64,000 nucleotides of DNA, from assembly GCA_026418195.1 (NCBI GenBank), contig JAOABU010000063.1:4113-68112 (forward strand). The letters are read 5' to 3'. Below are positions 60,152 to 64,000 of this stretch, piece by piece. Positions within the stretch are counted from its first letter, which is position 1; the number at the start of each line of letters is the position of its first letter. The notes below the pieces were generated by a model, which made no database searches, had not been told where the DNA came from, and was given only the letters and a program-made list of their open reading frames with translations. The position numbers and the translations under genes are program-made. Source of the DNA: Spirochaetota bacterium. GTDB lineage: Bacteria > Spirochaetota > Spirochaetia > DTKZ01.

Positions 60152-61696
60152 TCAAGGCTGAATTTCCCGGATCATATCGATGATGGTTCCATCCCGGTAC
60201 TCTACAAGAGCAACAATTTTTTTCCCGAAGGGCAGAGGCTCAGGGATTCCCGTGACTTTCTCTGCTTTTTTCTTTAGTTCTTCGATGGTGTATACTGGGA
60301 GTCTAGCGGCCTTCAACCTCTCCAGCACCTCCGGTCTTCGGGGATTGACCGCAACCCCATGATCAGTCACCAGCACATCTACCGTTTCCCCGGGTGTGAT
60401 AACTGTAGTAACTTTGTCGATCACAGTAGGGGTTCGTCCTCGTACAAGTGGAGCCACGATGACCGAAAGTCCAGAACCAATGGCTGTGTCCGAATGCCCG
60501 CCAGATGCCCCGCGAATGATCCCATCGGACCCTGTAATCACATTGACATTAAACTCTGTATCGATTTCCATCGCACTGAGCACCACTACGTTGAGTTTGT
60601 TAACCACACATCCTTTATTTAAAGGATTGGCGTAGTAGGAAGCATCGATCTCCGTATGATACCGATTCTCTCCTATGGAACGAACCGCTTCGAGATCGAA
60701 GCTCTGCACATCAAGTATTCGCTTGATCAAACCCTCCTCATGCATCTTTACGATCTGGCTGGTGATGCCTCCCAGCGCGAAACTTGCTTTTACATTCCGT
60801 TCTAACATTTTTTCGCGGAGAAACCGTGTAACCGCAAGAGCGGCTCCACCAGACCCGGTTTGGACAGAAAAGCCGTCTTCAAAATATCCAGAGGTCACGA
60901 TCACCTGAGAAGCTAGTTCAGCGATCAGAAGTTCTCTTGGATCGCGGGTCATGCGGGTAGCGCCTGTGGCAATCCCTTGGGGGTCCCCAATAGCATCCAC
61001 GATCACGATGTAGTCCACTAAGTCCTGATCGATACTGAACGGAGTGTTGGGATAGTCCACTAGATTGTCCGTGATTAACACCACTTTCTTAGCGTGCCGG
61101 GCATCCACAATGGCGTATCCAAGAGATCCACAGGCAGATTTTCCAGAGAAGCCATTCGCGTTCCCATACAAATCGCAGGAAGGCACCCCTAGGAACGCTA
61201 CATCAATCGATAGTTGCCCTGTTTCAATAGCACGGGCTCTTCCCCCATGGGAATGAATCAATACCGGTGTATCCATCAACCCATGAGAGATCTCATCGGC
61301 CAATACTCCCCGCAAACCACTGGTATAAATTCGTTTGATTACCCCTTTTCGAATATGTTCTACCAGCGGAGTATGGCAGCTCGTCAAGGAACTGGAAGCT
61401 AGTGTTAGGTTCTTGATCCCTAGATTGGCAATGATATCCATCACCATATTCACCACGTAGTCCCCTTCCCGAAAATGGTGATGGAAACTCACCGTCATGC
61501 CATCCTGCAACCCGCACTTCAGGATCGCTTGTTCCAACGTATCTACGATTTTGTTCAAGCGAGGAAGCGTTCGGGAGCCTTTCTCTCTTCTCACCAAAGG
61601 AGTACGTGCGTAGGCACCTTGGAAAGGTTCCAATTTTCCGATACCAGGAAACAGTTCTGGAATTTCTCTGCCGGCAGCATTTTTTACGAGCTTCAT
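60152..61696 (-). CDS. citF: Citrate lyase alpha subunit (citrate CoA-transferase)
   Basis: SFHHHFREGD, HSHGGR, QTGSGG, GASGGHSD and YRDG motifs. Confidence 0.97.
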   Translation of the reverse strand: MKLVKNAAGREIPELFPGIGKLEPFQGAYARTPLVRREKGSRTLPRLNKIVDTLEQAILKCGLQDGMTVSFHHHFREGDYVVNMVMDIIANLGIKNLTLASSSLTSCHTPLVEHIRKGVIKRIYTSGLRGVLADEISHGLMDTPVLIHSHGGRARAIETGQLSIDVAFLGVPSCDLYGNANGFSGKSACGSLGYAIVDARHAKKVVLITDNLVDYPNTPFSIDQDLVDYIVIVDAIGDPQGIATGATRMTRDPRELLIAELASQVIVTSGYFEDGFSVQTGSGGAALAVTRFLREKMLERNVKASFALGGITSQIVKMHEEGLIKRILDVQSFDLEAVRSIGENRYHTEIDASYYANPLNKGCVVNKLNVVVLSAMEIDTEFNVNVITGSDGIIRGASGGHSDTAIGSGLSVIVAPLVRGRTPTVIDKVTTVITPGETVDVLVTDHGVAVNPRRPEVLERLKAARLPVYTIEELKKKAEKVTGIPEPLPFGKKIVALVEYRDGTIIDMIREIQP

Positions 61697-62583
61697 AGTT
61701 TCACCTCCTCCGGCACGACCCCCGATGCTTTTGCCAATTCAATCGTCCAACGAGCTCGTTCCACTATAGGCTTGTCGACCATCCTGCCATCCAAAGCAAT
61801 GACCCCCGATCCTTTGGACTCCGCTTCCCGTATTGCTGCCAATACTCGTAGAGCTTTATGGATTTCTTCCTCTGTTGGGGTGTATACGCGATGAACGAGT
61901 TTGATCTGATTCGGTTGTATCACCGACTTACCATCGAATCCGAGTTGTTTAATCAATCGAACTTCTGCGATAAATCCCTCCTCGTCTTGCACGTTGGAAT
62001 ATACGGTATCGATGGCGTTGATTCCGGCGATCCTTGCCGCATATAGTACCTGACTTCGGGCATAGTGCAGCTCGATTCCATCTTTGGAACGGCTAGTCCG
62101 TAAGCTAGTGACGAGATCCTCTGCTCCAAGGGCTATTCCTAAAAGGCGGTTAGACGAACAAGCTATTTCTCGCGCATTCAGTACTCCAAGGGGAGTTTCA
62201 ATGGCTGCAAACAATTTGATCGTCCCAATGGGAAGGCCAATTTTACGTTCTACTCGTTCGATTTCGGTTTCCACATCCGTAACGTCCTGTGCCTTTTCCG
62301 TTTTCGGAATACGTATGATGTTAGGGCGAGCTCGAACCATCGCTTCGATGTCATCCCTTCCATATGGTGTATCCAATCCATTGATTCGCACTGCGGTTTC
62401 TACACCCTCATAGTCAAGCGTTCGAAGAGTCTGGTACACAAGGAACCTAGCCGCATCCTTCTCCCGATAGGAAACAGAATCTTCCAGATCGAACATCACC
62501 GTATCCGGTCTGTAAATGTGGGCATCCTTCACCATGGCAGCACTATTCCCCGGGACGTACAACATCGTCCTTCGCAGTTTCAT
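61693..62583 (-). CDS. citE: Citrate lyase beta subunit (citryl-ACP lyase)
   Basis: LRRTMLYVPG, FDLEDSV, VRIN, IETP and GFDGKS motifs. ATGA overlaps on both sides. Confidence 0.96.
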   Translation of the reverse strand: MKLRRTMLYVPGNSAAMVKDAHIYRPDTVMFDLEDSVSYREKDAARFLVYQTLRTLDYEGVETAVRINGLDTPYGRDDIEAMVRARPNIIRIPKTEKAQDVTDVETEIERVERKIGLPIGTIKLFAAIETPLGVLNAREIACSSNRLLGIALGAEDLVTSLRTSRSKDGIELHYARSQVLYAARIAGINAIDTVYSNVQDEEGFIAEVRLIKQLGFDGKSVIQPNQIKLVHRVYTPTEEEIHKALRVLAAIREAESKGSGVIALDGRMVDKPIVERARWTIELAKASGVVPEEVKL

Positions 62584-62876
62584 TCCAATTCCTCCCATGG
62601 ATACTTTTCTATCCCTGCTGCTCTGAATACGGCAGCGGTAAGACGAGCTCTTATGGTACAGTCCAATGCACTGCGGTCCTGTACACGAACCTTCACGTCC
62701 TGGACTTGGAGTTTCTTCAATGTGTCTGTAATCACTTCTCGAATACGATTCCCGAATCGGGCTTCGGAAATACTCTCCAATTCTATGATCAAACCTTTTT
62801 CAGGGTTTCGTTCTACCGTGATCATTACATCACTGGATTCGAGGGTTCCAGCGGTTCCAGAATGCAAAATTCTCAT
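62580..62876 (-). CDS. citD: Citrate lyase gamma subunit (acyl carrier protein)
   Basis: AGTLESSD (prosthetic-group Ser) and ALDCTIRAR motifs. Confidence 0.96.
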   Translation of the reverse strand: MRILHSGTAGTLESSDVMITVERNPEKGLIIELESISEARFGNRIREVITDTLKKLQVQDVKVRVQDRSALDCTIRARLTAAVFRAAGIEKYPWEELE

Positions 62877-62887
62877 ACTCTTCCTTC

Positions 62888-63922
62888 CTAATGACGAGAA
62901 TTGGGAGCTTTCTTTAACCGATCCAGGATCGGTCGGGCTTCCTCGCTTTGCAGGAACTCAAACGTGGTAGGGGGGACAAGATCCTTTGTTTCTCTCCAAC
63001 GCCCTTCAGAAAGCAATTTCCGAACCGTAGATGCGCTCACGGCTTTTCCCCCTTTTTCTAACCTGGGGATGATCTCTACCTGTACACCGTACTTCGGAAG
63101 AATGTCATACAGACATTGGTTGTAGATTGAAGTCACTGGACAGTATGGTTCCTCCCCCACAAATCGACGGGTAATATTGAGCACAGGACAAATTCGCTTT
63201 CCAAAGATCGTGGCGTCGAATCTTCCATACAACCGAGTTCCCTCGCTAGGCTCCTTCAAGAAGTAGGAAGGAAAGGTGGCTGATGAAATAATATACGGCC
63301 CTCCCCGATGAAGCTTTATATTGTTAATATCCTGGGTTCCTTCCTGTACCAGTTTGAACCGAACCTCTGTCGGGAACACGGATCGATCCTCTTCCACTAC
63401 GAACACATGGAGGGTATGCACGCGGGAAGCGGCATACTCCAGTAGATACCGATGACCGAGGGTAAACGGATTGCAATTCACGACTACGGAACCCGATACC
63501 CCTACTTCCTCTCGATGATTCCGAAGGGCAACAAGGTATTGGACGAATCCATTAGCTCGGTTCTCCAACAAGACTAGGTCCTTCTCCATCCGTTCCACAA
63601 CGCTGAATCCCATGGGAGTAAATACTGTTTCGTTTTCTGGCCGGGTGAACAAAAACAGGTGGTCCCTTCCCCTCCGGAAGGCTTCGTGAACCAATTCAGA
63701 CAGGATCTGTGAAGCGATCCCTTGTCCTTGCAGTGCGGGTTCTACTGCGATACACTTCAGAACCTTACCTGAAAGACTGCCCGTGCCCACGACCCGGTCT
63801 CCTTCTACTGCCACCACCGTATACTCCACATCTTCCTCAAGCCTAAGACCCTGGGATTGAAGGAAGGTTTCCGCCATCCTCCTGTCCGTAGGTAGAGATA
63901 GTACGATTTCCCGCAATTCCAT
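62888..63922 (-). CDS. citC: [Citrate (pro-3S)-lyase] ligase
   Basis: GNAT N-terminus, NCNPFTLGH, SSATFPSYF, RFVGEEP and SAS motifs. Confidence 0.96.
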   Translation of the reverse strand: MELREIVLSLPTDRRMAETFLQSQGLRLEEDVEYTVVAVEGDRVVGTGSLSGKVLKCIAVEPALQGQGIASQILSELVHEAFRRGRDHLFLFTRPENETVFTPMGFSVVERMEKDLVLLENRANGFVQYLVALRNHREEVGVSGSVVVNCNPFTLGHRYLLEYAASRVHTLHVFVVEEDRSVFPTEVRFKLVQEGTQDINNIKLHRGGPYIISSATFPSYFLKEPSEGTRLYGRFDATIFGKRICPVLNITRRFVGEEPYCPVTSIYNQCLYDILPKYGVQVEIIPRLEKGGKAVSASTVRKLLSEGRWRETKDLVPPTTFEFLQSEEARPILDRLKKAPNSRH

Positions 63923-63955
63923 TACCTGTTAGAATGGAATGAGTTTAAGGAACTG

Positions 63956-63988
63956 TATGTAAGAAGTTTTTGCGAGTCTATGTAAGAA
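63956..63988. promoter_or_regulatory. Direct repeat upstream of citC, putative regulator binding site
   Basis: TATGTAAGAA at 63956-63965 and 63979-63988. Confidence 0.55.
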
Positions 63989-64000
63989 ATTGTCCTACAA

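Noticed and set aside
1-64000. CRISPR arrays, IS elements, prophage, rRNA
   Set aside because: No regularly spaced repeats, transposase, integrase, phage genes or rRNA-like sequence were seen. Nearly all of the window is accounted for by CDS.

Overview
64-kb chromosomal window from a spirochaete (Spirochaetota). The assignment rests on a clear cfpA cytoplasmic-filament gene and spirochaete-style 'AGGQKE'/'GGAGEK' solute-binding-protein N-termini. The window is gene-dense (about 55 CDS). I found no CRISPR array, IS element or prophage. It contains DNA repair genes (3' part of a probably double-length uvrA, radC, nfo, a spore-photoproduct-lyase-like radical SAM gene), a cfpA cytoskeleton locus, a Thermotoga-like hexuronate route (DeoR-SDR-uxaC-uxaE plus LarA-family epimerase-gnd), nfeD-floA, and a GntR-controlled sugar ABC/dehydrogenase/lactonase cluster. 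It also contains a preQ1-riboswitch-controlled queF-yhhQ salvage operon, tRNA-Leu(GAG), a diguanylate cyclase, a cstA-arsA operon, ndk-gpsA, gpgS, and citCDEF-tctCBA. The best candidate for an undescribed system is the cfpA operon. Its 'pyruvate phosphate dikinase' has lost the ATP-grasp catalytic motifs but keeps the PEP site and phospho-His, and the unannotated gene between it and cfpA ends in an HPr-like domain with a His at the phospho-acceptor position. This suggests a PEP-driven, PTS-like phosphorelay tied to the cytoskeleton. All family calls are by eye from motifs; no database searches were run. Several starts were adjusted from the ORF track using RBS or promoter evidence.
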